Source of the DNA: Promethearchaeota archaeon
GTDB taxonomy: Archaea > Asgardarchaeota > Lokiarchaeia > Sigyniarchaeales > SOKP01
DNA: 39,263 nt
Assembly: GCA_004524365.1 (NCBI GenBank)
Contig: SDNL01000003.1
Span: 1 to 39,263, forward strand
Direction: 5' to 3'
In this document: piece by piece, positions 1-8,951 of the stretch
Layout of the letters: every line of letters starts with the position of its first letter
How positions within the stretch are numbered: the first letter of the stretch is position 1
Made by a program: the position numbers and the translations under genes
Notes under the pieces: model-generated
Told to the model about the DNA's origin: nothing
Databases searched by the model: none
What the model saw: the letters and a program-made list of their open reading frames with translations, nothing else

Positions 1-64
1 AAAAGTAATTAGTTAATGATATATAAGCCTTTATTCTTTTTATTTATCTGGAGGGAATGAAAAT

Positions 65-202
65 TTGAGTGAATCAAAACGAAAGGATATTGAAATGGAA
101 AACATATTTTTAACCATCTTGGGCGTTCTCGGATTAATAGCGTTAATCTTCATAGTAATAGGATTACTTTTCCTCGCAGGATTGATTTCAAATTTCACTT
201 AA
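65..202 (+). CDS. Small single-pass membrane protein (45 aa), not in the ORF track
   Basis: Manual translation from TTG65 to TAA202 gives MSESKRKDIEMENIFLTILGVLGLIALIFIVIGLLFLAGLISNFT. GGAGGG at 50-55 is SD-like. The protein has a charged N-terminus and one long hydrophobic helix. Confidence 0.65.
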   Translation: MSESKRKDIEMENIFLTILGVLGLIALIFIVIGLLFLAGLISNFT

Positions 203-433
203 TATTCTCTACTTGAAAATTTATAAATATTTTTTCAAATATAAAAAAAATTACGATTGTATACGAAATATTAATTTGAAAATTTCACAAAATTTTAGCA
301 TAAACAGAATTAACTAAAAATAGTATAGAATTTCGTTAAATTTCTTTGAAAAATCCTTTTTGTAAAAATTTTTAGTGGTATACTAAAAACTATTAAAACA
401 AATAGATAAAGTCGAAATATTTCTATTTTATTT

Positions 434-829
434 CTACTTTTCTGAGAGAATACTATCAACTTTTCTTAGTAATTCTTTGCCTGAGAAGGGTTTAGTTAGG
501 TAGAAATCTGCGCCAAGCCTTTTTCCTTTTTGAATATCCTCATTAAAGCTTTTAACGGTGAATAATACAACAATTATATCTTTATATTCATCATCAGTCT
601 TAATGCGATCTAGAACGGTATACCCATCGATACCAGGCATCATTACATCGAGAAGAATTAGATCTATCTTATCGCTTTTATCTTCTAAGATCTTAATTGC
701 TTCCTTTCCATTATTGCATGTAATAATATTATAATGGCCTAATGTAAGAAACTTACTTGTAAGATTTAAAATGTCTGGTTCATCATCCACAATAAGAATT
801 GTCTTTCCATTATCTACTTTTTCTGACAT
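434..829 (-). CDS. Stand-alone response regulator receiver (CheY-like)
   Basis: Motifs ILIVDDE, LILLDVMMP (phospho-Asp), FT and TKPF; no output domain. ATG829 is preferred over TTG862. Confidence 0.92.
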   Translation of the reverse strand: MSEKVDNGKTILIVDDEPDILNLTSKFLTLGHYNIITCNNGKEAIKILEDKSDKIDLILLDVMMPGIDGYTVLDRIKTDDEYKDIIVVLFTVKSFNEDIQKGKRLGADFYLTKPFSGKELLRKVDSILSEK

Positions 830-1101
830 TTTACGATTTTTTAAATTTTTCCCTTTTATCAATATTTAATTCTTAAATTATATTCTTTTAAAAAACTTTG
901 GATTTTTCTCCTATTTTATACAACTAACACGAACAATATTATCATAAAATAATATAGTTGTTTAATTTATTGTAAGAAAAACTCCAAATTATACTTAAAT
1001 GAATTTAAAAAAGATAATATACTTTTTTATTTGATTTGCCATAGAATCAAAATTTATTTAATAAGAATTGATTTTGAATCAGTTAAGAATGTAAGCATTA
1101 T

Positions 1102-1758
1102 ATGACTCGAAAAGAGGGGTTACCCCAATTTCCTTATGATTATATCGGAGAAAAAGCAAAAGAATATAATAATTTGGAATGGATGGAACAAAACCAAAAA
1201 AGGACAACTTTAAAGTGCCTTGACTACCTATTCGATCCCAAATTGGGCGATTTAGAGATTTCTGAGTTTTTTAATTATATTGTGATTGATTTAGGATGTG
1301 GGACCGGTTTTTCATCAGAAGTACTAATAGATTTAGGTTTTAATGTAATTGGGATTGATATTTTGAAAGACATGCTTTTTAAAACTCAAAACAAAAATAT
1401 ATCTTATGAAAAAAACCAAATACACGAACTATTATTAGGAAGTATAATAAATATTCCAATTAGGACTAATTGTATCGATTTTATTATTTCTGTATCAGCC
1501 TATAATTTTATAACTCATAACATTCCAACTTTTTCAGAGAAAAAATCAGTAATAAGTAGTACAGCTCGTTATTTATATCAAATACTCAAAAAGAACGGTC
1601 GAATGATAATTGAATTTTACCCTGGAGATGAGCAAAATTTGAATTTATTCTTAAGCTCTTTTAAAAAGAATAAATTTAATGGATTTCATATCAAAGGAAA
1701 CAAAGGTGGTCAACATTTTGTACTATTAAAAAAAAGGGGATATAACAGTGAGATGTAA
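1102..1758 (+). CDS. Class I SAM-dependent methyltransferase, Bud23/WBSCR22-like (SSU rRNA m7G MTase family)
   Basis: Motif I IDLGCGTG and GIDI. Segments IPIRTNCIDFIISVSA and LYQILKKNGRMIIEFYP resemble yeast Bud23 as recalled. Confidence 0.8.
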   Translation: MTRKEGLPQFPYDYIGEKAKEYNNLEWMEQNQKRTTLKCLDYLFDPKLGDLEISEFFNYIVIDLGCGTGFSSEVLIDLGFNVIGIDILKDMLFKTQNKNISYEKNQIHELLLGSIINIPIRTNCIDFIISVSAYNFITHNIPTFSEKKSVISSTARYLYQILKKNGRMIIEFYPGDEQNLNLFLSSFKKNKFNGFHIKGNKGGQHFVLLKKRGYNSEM

Positions 1759-2884
1759 ATTTTGTCAAAAGGAAACCGAATTAATTTCCGAAACGCTTGG
1801 GGTATGTAGGGAATGTATCTTAAAAGGTGACTGGAATGAAATTAAACCTCATATTATGGCAGTACATGAAAAGATCCGTGAATTAGAAAATTTACCAAAA
1901 GTGTCCCCACGTGCATCTAAATCAAAAATAGTCTTTGAATGTGAGTTATGTATAAATAATTGTCAGCTTACTAACCAAGATAAAAGTTATTGTGGTCTTC
2001 GGAATACTCCAAAAGATTTAAAGGATAACCTTCCCTTTCCTAAAAAATCTGAGGGATACATGCACGGATATCTAGACTCCAACCCAACAAACTGTTGTAA
2101 TGCATGGTTTTGCCCAGCGGGAACATCACGGGGATTTCCCAAATATTCAAATACAAATGGTCCAGAATATGGTACTTATAGCTATGCTGCCTTTTTATAT
2201 GGATGTTCATTTGATTGTTTATTTTGTCAAAATGCCCAACATAAGCATTTTTCAACATATGATATTATAAATATCAATGAAATCGCAGATCAGATAACAG
2301 ATAATAAGGATATCACTTGTATCTGCTTTTTTGGGGGGACTCCAGAACCTCAATTACCCTTTACAATACATTTATCGAAAAGGATTCTAAAAAAAATCAA
2401 AGAGCAAAATGAAAGAAGATTTCGTATATGCTGGGAATGGAATGGAAGTGGAAAGCGAGAATTGGTGGAAGAATGTATGAAATTAGCATTAAGATCTGGT
2501 GGAAATATTAAATTTGACTTAAAAGCTTTTCATGAACGGCTTAATTATGCCCTATGTGGTGTGAGTAATGAAAGAACCCTCGATAATTTTAAATATTTAG
2601 CAGAAAACTATTTCGGAACAAGAGGCGAAGAAATGCCAGAATTAAGCGGATGCACACTCTTAGTGCCAGGATATACCAATGCAGAAGAGGTTGAAAATAT
2701 CGCTAAATTTATAAGTCTAATTGATAAAAATATTCCTTACTCTTTATTAGTATTCCATCCAGATTATCATATGAAGGATCTACCAATAACTCCCAAAAAA
2801 CAAGCAATTCAATGTCTTAATATAGCGAAAAAATTTCTAAATAATGTTCATTTAGGAAATAGATTTTTATTAAATTTAACATAG
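1748..2884 (+). CDS. Radical SAM protein (PFL-activase/AmmeMemoRadiSam-like archaeal family) with N-terminal Cys-rich domain
   Basis: CSFDCLFC (CxxxCxxC), FFGGTPEP, KFDLKA, TLLVPGY and FHPDY motifs; N-terminal CxxC..CxxC. The GTG start overlaps the upstream gene by 11 nt. Confidence 0.88.
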   Translation: MRCKFCQKETELISETLGVCRECILKGDWNEIKPHIMAVHEKIRELENLPKVSPRASKSKIVFECELCINNCQLTNQDKSYCGLRNTPKDLKDNLPFPKKSEGYMHGYLDSNPTNCCNAWFCPAGTSRGFPKYSNTNGPEYGTYSYAAFLYGCSFDCLFCQNAQHKHFSTYDIININEIADQITDNKDITCICFFGGTPEPQLPFTIHLSKRILKKIKEQNERRFRICWEWNGSGKRELVEECMKLALRSGGNIKFDLKAFHERLNYALCGVSNERTLDNFKYLAENYFGTRGEEMPELSGCTLLVPGYTNAEEVENIAKFISLIDKNIPYSLLVFHPDYHMKDLPITPKKQAIQCLNIAKKFLNNVHLGNRFLLNLT

Positions 2885-3057
2885 TTTTTTAATGGTGAAA
2901 TTCTAAAGAAATAATTCATTATTATAGATATCATTTTAATGAAATAATGGAATACATGAGTTAAGAAGTATATCAATATCAAGAAAAGAGAAATGATTTT
3001 TAATAAATTAAACTTTTAAAATAATTCTAAATTCTTTCAATTATTAGTTGATGAATA

Positions 3058-4221
3058 TTGAATGACTTGTTAGAAAGGCATTTTTTGGAAAGAACTTATA
3101 AATATCTAGTTGGAAAAATTAAAAAATCCTTAGATAATGTGGATAAAAAAGAAGTATATAAGTTTTTAGATGCTCTCAAATCAGGAATGGATGATAAACG
3201 AGTGACCGTTGACGGGGCGGGGCGTTCATTACAAAGTGTTCTTTTATTAGTATCCCAATTAGAAAATACATATGGAATACGAGTCAATCAAGTTAATAAT
3301 GCGAATTTACGACCGTTAAGGGGAGGCGATATTTTTGTTGCAAATTCTCGATCTGCCAAAGTAGAGCCAGAAGAAGCAAAGATTGTCAGTCATGCAAGGT
3401 TCGCTAGAAAGAAAGGACTTGATGTCTTTTTTATTACTGCGAATGAGGAGATTAAGGATATATTCGAAAATGTTATTCTTATAAAAAAAGAAGGCTATAA
3501 TAAAGAATATGCTCCCTTAGGAACAGGCTTTGAACAAGCTACCGCAACATTAATGTCTTGTATTGCCTGTTCATATTATAAAAAAAATCCCAAGGAATCA
3601 TTTGACACATTATGCAAAGAGGTAATTCAAGGATACAATAGAAATTTAGAAACTCTTTTGAAACAAGATAGGGCCCTTGATGCCTTTATTGAAATCGTCA
3701 ATGAATATCTAAGTATAGAAAATCCTGGTGTAGTTTACTTTAAAGGGATGGGCATCAATGATATCATTGCAAAAGTTATTGCTATTAGATACGGTCATCT
3801 ACATAAAAATAATTGTAAGGATTTAAATGTTGTATATGAAAGCCACTGGAGGTGCCGACGTTCCAATGATTTGGGGATCTTTCTCAGTGGAAGTGGGCAA
3901 ACCACACAGATGATTAAATATTTAAGCCAAGCTAAATCGATTGGTATGAAAACTTTTGTTATTACATCCTATAAGGATTCTAAATTAGCTAGATCAAACC
4001 AATGGTATAAAAATTGTAGGGGAAACTTAATTATTAGTGGCAGAAGCATAAAATACAGTTATTTCAATCAGGCGCTTGAAACAATTGATGAAGCGTTCTT
4101 TCCCCAATTTGAATTAAATACTTATCTGACTTTAGACGCACTTTTAGCACTCATTGCTAAATATAATAATATTGATGAAGAAGATATGAAAAAAACACAT
4201 AGAGATAAAGAACTCGAATAA
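3058..4221 (+). CDS. Tandem SIS-domain protein, 6-phospho-3-hexuloisomerase (PHI/HxlB)-like duplication
   Basis: First half has GAGRS and APLGTGFE. Second half has LSGSGQT, ITSYKDSKLA, QFE and the C-terminal MKKTHRDKELE. About twice the length of a PHI monomer. Confidence 0.75.
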   Translation: MNDLLERHFLERTYKYLVGKIKKSLDNVDKKEVYKFLDALKSGMDDKRVTVDGAGRSLQSVLLLVSQLENTYGIRVNQVNNANLRPLRGGDIFVANSRSAKVEPEEAKIVSHARFARKKGLDVFFITANEEIKDIFENVILIKKEGYNKEYAPLGTGFEQATATLMSCIACSYYKKNPKESFDTLCKEVIQGYNRNLETLLKQDRALDAFIEIVNEYLSIENPGVVYFKGMGINDIIAKVIAIRYGHLHKNNCKDLNVVYESHWRCRRSNDLGIFLSGSGQTTQMIKYLSQAKSIGMKTFVITSYKDSKLARSNQWYKNCRGNLIISGRSIKYSYFNQALETIDEAFFPQFELNTYLTLDALLALIAKYNNIDEEDMKKTHRDKELE

Positions 4222-4279
4222 AATCTTGTAATTTCAAAATATCAGCTATTAGTAGATTATAATATTATACTTATAGATC

Positions 4280-4335
4280 ATTGAAGTCTCCCCGCACTGA
4301 ATAAAGGGAGAGGACTTCTTTCGCAATTTCGTTAA
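4280..4335. repeat. GC-rich imperfect hairpin; possible IS200/IS605-end or MITE relic, or a terminator
   Basis: GAAGTCTCCCC(4283)...GGGAGAGGACTTC(4318) is an imperfect inverted repeat in AT-rich intergenic DNA. The minus strand ends GCGGGGAGACTTCAA. Confidence 0.4.
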
Positions 4336-4510
4336 AAATTTATAATTAAACCTTTTTTTAGCATTATTATTATACTTTAAAAAATAATTTTCTAAATCTA
4401 TTAATCTATTCGTTATCGTTTCTATATTTTCTTTTTTTAAAAATAAATTTAAAGGTTATAATAAAAGATATATACTTATATTATAGGTATTATTATTTAA
4501 AAATAGAATA

Positions 4511-6103
4511 ATGTCAGAAAAATCCAAAGGTTTCTTAATCTCAATTTTTTTAAGCATATTCATATTTATTATGGGTATCTCCATTTTATATTCTGTTAGT
4601 ATAGCATTACCTGGTGATCCAACTTTAGCACTATTACCAGACACTTTTACAATAGCACAGTATCAAGCTGCCAGAAATGAATTAGGACTAGATTTACCTA
4701 TATTTATTCAAATTCTTAGATATATTTTTAATATGATAATTGGAAATTGGGGTCCTTCTGAATTAGGTACTCCTGAGGATGTTTTAGGAGTATTAACCTT
4801 ATTAATACCAAGATTAATTTTAAGATTTCTTATCCCCTTGTTAATCAGTATTCCATCTGGTGTAATTTTAGGAATATATCTAAAAAATAATAAAAAGAAA
4901 ATCGTGAAAAAAACTATGTTAATGACTATAATTACCCTTATTTCATTATCATTTATCTTTGTGATCTTATTTTCATTATTAAATCTCTTCATTCTAAAAG
5001 ATTTTATAAATATTTTATTATTAATTCTTATTTTTATTCCCTTTACAGCTTTTTTAACATATATAAAACCCCGAAATAAAGATATTTTAGATGATATAAT
5101 ATCTAATTCTTTATTTACATTTTTAGGTTTTGGAATGTTAATTTCTTGGTATTTGCTTATAAATATTCTTCTCTATAATGATGGATTTGGAACTTATTTA
5201 TTTTTAGCAATACAAACATTTGATTTTTTTTCTATAATGGGTTTAATAGTGTTTTTAATTATTTCTGAAGCAATAGTGGTTTTTATTTTTAATTTATTGG
5301 TAATTAATCTTAACCATTCAAACGAAAAGGAGGTGAATGAATCAGAAATTAATAATAAAGAAAACCAATCAGATTCTGATAATTATATAGATAAAAAAAG
5401 TAGAAATAAAGAGAAATCAATTTTTAAACACCCAATTTTATTGCTTGGTTTATTGATACTAAACGGATTAATTATTTTTATGATAGTAGCAGTTTTTATT
5501 CCCCAATTTTCTCTATTTTTATATGGTTTACTAGATTCTTTTATATTTACAATTATTCTATTAATTCCAACTTTATTAATTGGTTCCATTTTTGGATTTT
5601 TAATTCAATTCTCTGAGTTAATTTCCCAGAAATTTAAAAGAATTATAAAAATTATAACAATGATTTCTTTATTTACCGTTTATTTTATTCCTGGAATTAT
5701 ACTTCCCATTTTATTATTCTATGTATATTTTACAATAGGAATCCATGGAATTATTCCATTTTCCCTTTTTTTCATTCCCCTTCTCACGTTTTATATATCA
5801 AATTCAAAGGTTGAAAAAAATCAGATAAAAGAGGGATTATATAGGATGGTAAAAAATATTATTCTCATTATACCCTTTATAATAGGATTTTCCCTCACTT
5901 ATTATTATTTATTAGGTTTTTCTGGTTATAACTATTCTGGTTTTAATTTTGGTTATATAATAAAGAGTGGGATAAATAATATTTATGATACATTTTGGTC
6001 TTTAATTTTTCCAGCTATTGGTATTTTTTTACTTCTTGTTTCTTTCTTTTTCATTTATGGAGGAATGTCAATAAATTTGAATTTCAAAGAAATGAATGAC
6101 TGA
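4511..6103 (+). CDS. Fused, divergent DppB/DppC-like ABC peptide transporter permease
   Basis: N-terminal LPGDP...ARNELGLDLPIFIQILRYIFNMIIGNWGPS is DppB-like. C-terminal FGYIIKSG..FWSLIFPAIGI is DppC-like. There are many TM helices and a charged linker between the halves. Confidence 0.72.
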   Translation: MSEKSKGFLISIFLSIFIFIMGISILYSVSIALPGDPTLALLPDTFTIAQYQAARNELGLDLPIFIQILRYIFNMIIGNWGPSELGTPEDVLGVLTLLIPRLILRFLIPLLISIPSGVILGIYLKNNKKKIVKKTMLMTIITLISLSFIFVILFSLLNLFILKDFINILLLILIFIPFTAFLTYIKPRNKDILDDIISNSLFTFLGFGMLISWYLLINILLYNDGFGTYLFLAIQTFDFFSIMGLIVFLIISEAIVVFIFNLLVINLNHSNEKEVNESEINNKENQSDSDNYIDKKSRNKEKSIFKHPILLLGLLILNGLIIFMIVAVFIPQFSLFLYGLLDSFIFTIILLIPTLLIGSIFGFLIQFSELISQKFKRIIKIITMISLFTVYFIPGIILPILLFYVYFTIGIHGIIPFSLFFIPLLTFYISNSKVEKNQIKEGLYRMVKNIILIIPFIIGFSLTYYYLLGFSGYNYSGFNFGYIIKSGINNIYDTFWSLIFPAIGIFLLLVSFFFIYGGMSINLNFKEMND

Positions 6104-6221
6104 GTCTGAAGAGATTTTTTTCTGGTAAAATTTTTTTAAAAACATTAATTATCGAAATTACATTTTTCAATTTACTTAGTATATAATTTGAATGAATAAA
6201 CGAATAAATAATGATTAAATA

Positions 6222-6527
6222 ATGCAGAAAGCTAGAATCAGACTCTCATCCACAGATCTCGACGCCTTAAAGAGCGTTTGCGAACAAATAGAAAACGTTT
6301 GTAAAACTCAAGGAATCAAACAATATGGCCCTATTCCTCTTCCAACTAAAAGATTGAAGGTTCCTACGCTCAAAGGGCCATCAGGACAAGGAACCCAAAC
6401 GTGGGCGAAATACGAGATGAGGATTCATAAGCGTCTTTTTGAGATTGTAGCCAACGAACGGTCAATGCACTTGATTATGAAAATTCAAATCCCTGAATCT
6501 GTTCTTGTTGAAATAGAATTAATGTAA
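6222..6527 (+). CDS. rpsJ: 30S ribosomal protein S10 (uS10), archaeal type
   Basis: MQKARIRLSS, GPIPLPTKRL and TWAKYEMRIHKRL motifs; 101 aa. Confidence 0.97.
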   Translation: MQKARIRLSSTDLDALKSVCEQIENVCKTQGIKQYGPIPLPTKRLKVPTLKGPSGQGTQTWAKYEMRIHKRLFEIVANERSMHLIMKIQIPESVLVEIELM

Positions 6528-6783
6528 TTAAGAAATCTATAAGATTTAGTTTTGAAGAACAGAGAAAATTGAAAAGTTCCTCATATTTTCTATTTGTTAA
6601 AGATAAATTTACGAATTTTAATTAAATAAAAATAATCTATCAGGTTTAATCTCCCCTATTTAATCTTTCTTAATATTTCAAATCGATTAATTTTTAATAT
6701 GGCTTGTTTTATAAAATCTAAATTATTCAAGCTGTTTTTATATAGAAAGATTTAATTGAATATATTATTTTTTTAAATTGAGA

Positions 6784-8019
6784 ATGGCAACCTCAAACTC
6801 CAAACTAAAAATTTATGAGCGTCCTCTTTTCATCAATATATTTCTGTTTATTGTTAATACAGGACTTTTTATCCTTAAATTAATTTTTGCATATTTTACC
6901 AATAGTCTGGCCCTTCAAGCAGATGCATTTGATAATTTAACTGATATTGTAATGGTTATCACTTCATTGATCGGAATAATCTACACAAATAAAAAACCAA
7001 ACGAAAAATTCCCCTATGGTTATTATCGATTGGAGAATATTGTAAGTTTAATTATTTCCATTTTCATTTTTTTCACCGCTTATACAATTATTAGAGATTC
7101 AATAACAGAAATGACTAATTTTTTACAAGGAGATTATAAAGCTATTATTGTTTCGCCTTTTATTATTACAATTTTAGTAATCTCTATTGTAATTTCTTTT
7201 CTTACAACATTATATTTAAAACTAATTGGAAAAAAAGCTGAATCGGAAATCATTGAATCGGAGGCGACTGAAAAATTGATGGATAATTTTATTTCCCTCA
7301 CCGTTTTATTCGGGTTTATCGGAGCCTACTTTAATATCGACATATTGGATTCAATATTTGGATTAATTATAGCTCTTTTCATAATAAAGGGGGGATATGA
7401 TATTTTTATAACCTCTACAAAAACATTATTGGATGCTGTAATTGAATTCAATAAGCGAACAGAATTAATTCAATTAATTAAAAATTTCCCAAAAGTAAGA
7501 ATTATTGACAATATTGAAATTCGAGCTTATGGAAAATATAATTATGTTGAAGCAAATTTAGAATTAAGCAAAGATCTTCCACTTTCAAAAGTGGATCTGC
7601 TAAAGAAAAAACTTATGAATGAAATTAAAAAAAAGTTCCCTGTGATCTTTAAAATTGTCATTTCTACTCGTACACCAGAAATAGAAATGACTAAGATTGC
7701 AGTACCTCTTGAAAATAACAATGGTCTAGACTCTAAAGTTCATGAAAGGTATGGAGAGGCGCCATATTTCGGGATATTAGAATTTCGTGAGGGAGATGTT
7801 TCAAAATTCGAAGTTCTTTCGAATGAATTTATTGATGAGGAGAAAAGAAAAGGAATTTTAGTATCAGATTGGTTAAGTTCAAAAAATATTGACAAAATCT
7901 ATACAGGAATGAAATTAAAGCGCGGGCCAAAACTTGTCTTCGAAAATAGTTTCATTGAGATAATTCTAACTGAAAAAAATAAATTGAACGGTATTATAGA
8001 GCAAGAAAAATCCCAATAA
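6784..8019 (+). CDS. Cation diffusion facilitator transporter with C-terminal NifX/NifB-like (FeMo-co biosynthesis family) domain
   Basis: SLALQADAFDNLTD, KFPYGYYRLE and LLD motifs plus a dimerization domain. The C-terminal KIAVPL..SKVHERYGEAPYF is NifX-like. Confidence 0.9.
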   Translation: MATSNSKLKIYERPLFINIFLFIVNTGLFILKLIFAYFTNSLALQADAFDNLTDIVMVITSLIGIIYTNKKPNEKFPYGYYRLENIVSLIISIFIFFTAYTIIRDSITEMTNFLQGDYKAIIVSPFIITILVISIVISFLTTLYLKLIGKKAESEIIESEATEKLMDNFISLTVLFGFIGAYFNIDILDSIFGLIIALFIIKGGYDIFITSTKTLLDAVIEFNKRTELIQLIKNFPKVRIIDNIEIRAYGKYNYVEANLELSKDLPLSKVDLLKKKLMNEIKKKFPVIFKIVISTRTPEIEMTKIAVPLENNNGLDSKVHERYGEAPYFGILEFREGDVSKFEVLSNEFIDEEKRKGILVSDWLSSKNIDKIYTGMKLKRGPKLVFENSFIEIILTEKNKLNGIIEQEKSQ

Positions 8020-8082
8020 AAGAGATAAGGTTTTTAAAGATTTTTTATAGGTTTTTTTATAACAATCTTCTTTTATATAATT

Positions 8083-8922
8083 ATGAGCATAGAAGAACCC
8101 ACTATTAAATTTCTCAAAGAACTTGCTTTAAAAGTCTCAAAGAAAGTTTCTCCATTAATAGGAACTTCAGAAGGGGCTACGGAACTTGAGCGAGGCGCGG
8201 GAGGTGATATTTCTATGAAGATAGATGCACTAGCAGAAGAAGTCATTATCAAAGAATTGGAAAACAGTAATATGGATGTTTTATTAATCAGTGAAGAGAT
8301 TGGTAATAAATATCTTGGTGATAAAAAAAGAGCTCAGAAATCGGAAAGAAAACTGATTGTCGACCCAATTGATGGTTCTACTAACTCAAGTCGGGGGATT
8401 CCCTTTTATAGTGTATCAATTGCCTATGCTCAAGGGTCAAAATTAAAAGATATTAAAAGAGGTATCATTCTTGATATATCTACAAATGATTTATATTGGG
8501 CAGAAAAGGGAAAGGGGTCCTTTTATAACAATAAAGCTATTTCAGTGTCAGAACGAAAAATCTCGGATAATTTAATCTTCGAAATTGACTTTTCTATATT
8601 GAGTTTACGAAAAAAATTAAGACAATATAGAAAAATTATTAATAAATTATACCGAATAAGAGTAATGGGTAGTATGGCACTAAGTTTTTGTCTTCTTGCA
8701 AAAGGTGCCATAGATGGATATATGGACTTCAGATTTGCCACTCGATTGTATGATATCGCAGCAGGGTATCTAATAATTAAGGAAGCAGGTGGGGAGTTTT
8801 TTACTATAAAGGGTGAAAGCGTAGAACAAGAAAATTTAATAAACACTATACCACCATTAGTGGCATGTAATTCCTCCCTTGTTTCCTTTATGAAAAATGA
8901 GTTAAAGAAAGCAATAAAATAA
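8083..8922 (+). CDS. suhB: Bifunctional inositol monophosphatase / fructose-1,6-bisphosphatase (archaeal SuhB)
   Basis: GAGGD, ISEE, VDPIDGSTN, RVMGS and DIAAGYLIIKEAGG motifs. Confidence 0.92.
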   Translation: MSIEEPTIKFLKELALKVSKKVSPLIGTSEGATELERGAGGDISMKIDALAEEVIIKELENSNMDVLLISEEIGNKYLGDKKRAQKSERKLIVDPIDGSTNSSRGIPFYSVSIAYAQGSKLKDIKRGIILDISTNDLYWAEKGKGSFYNNKAISVSERKISDNLIFEIDFSILSLRKKLRQYRKIINKLYRIRVMGSMALSFCLLAKGAIDGYMDFRFATRLYDIAAGYLIIKEAGGEFFTIKGESVEQENLINTIPPLVACNSSLVSFMKNELKKAIK

Positions 8923-8951
8923 GTCTTTAATAGAACGTAACTAAAAGGGTG

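Noticed and set aside
4270-4325. Hairpin considered as a SECIS element
   Set aside because: It lacks a convincing AUGA/GA core, and I found no neighbouring gene with an in-frame TGA extension.
329-4336. 12-nt repeat AATTTCGTTAAA at 329-340 and 4325-4336 as possible element boundaries
   Set aside because: It is short and AT-rich, so it is plausible by chance, and the enclosed genes are not mobile-type.
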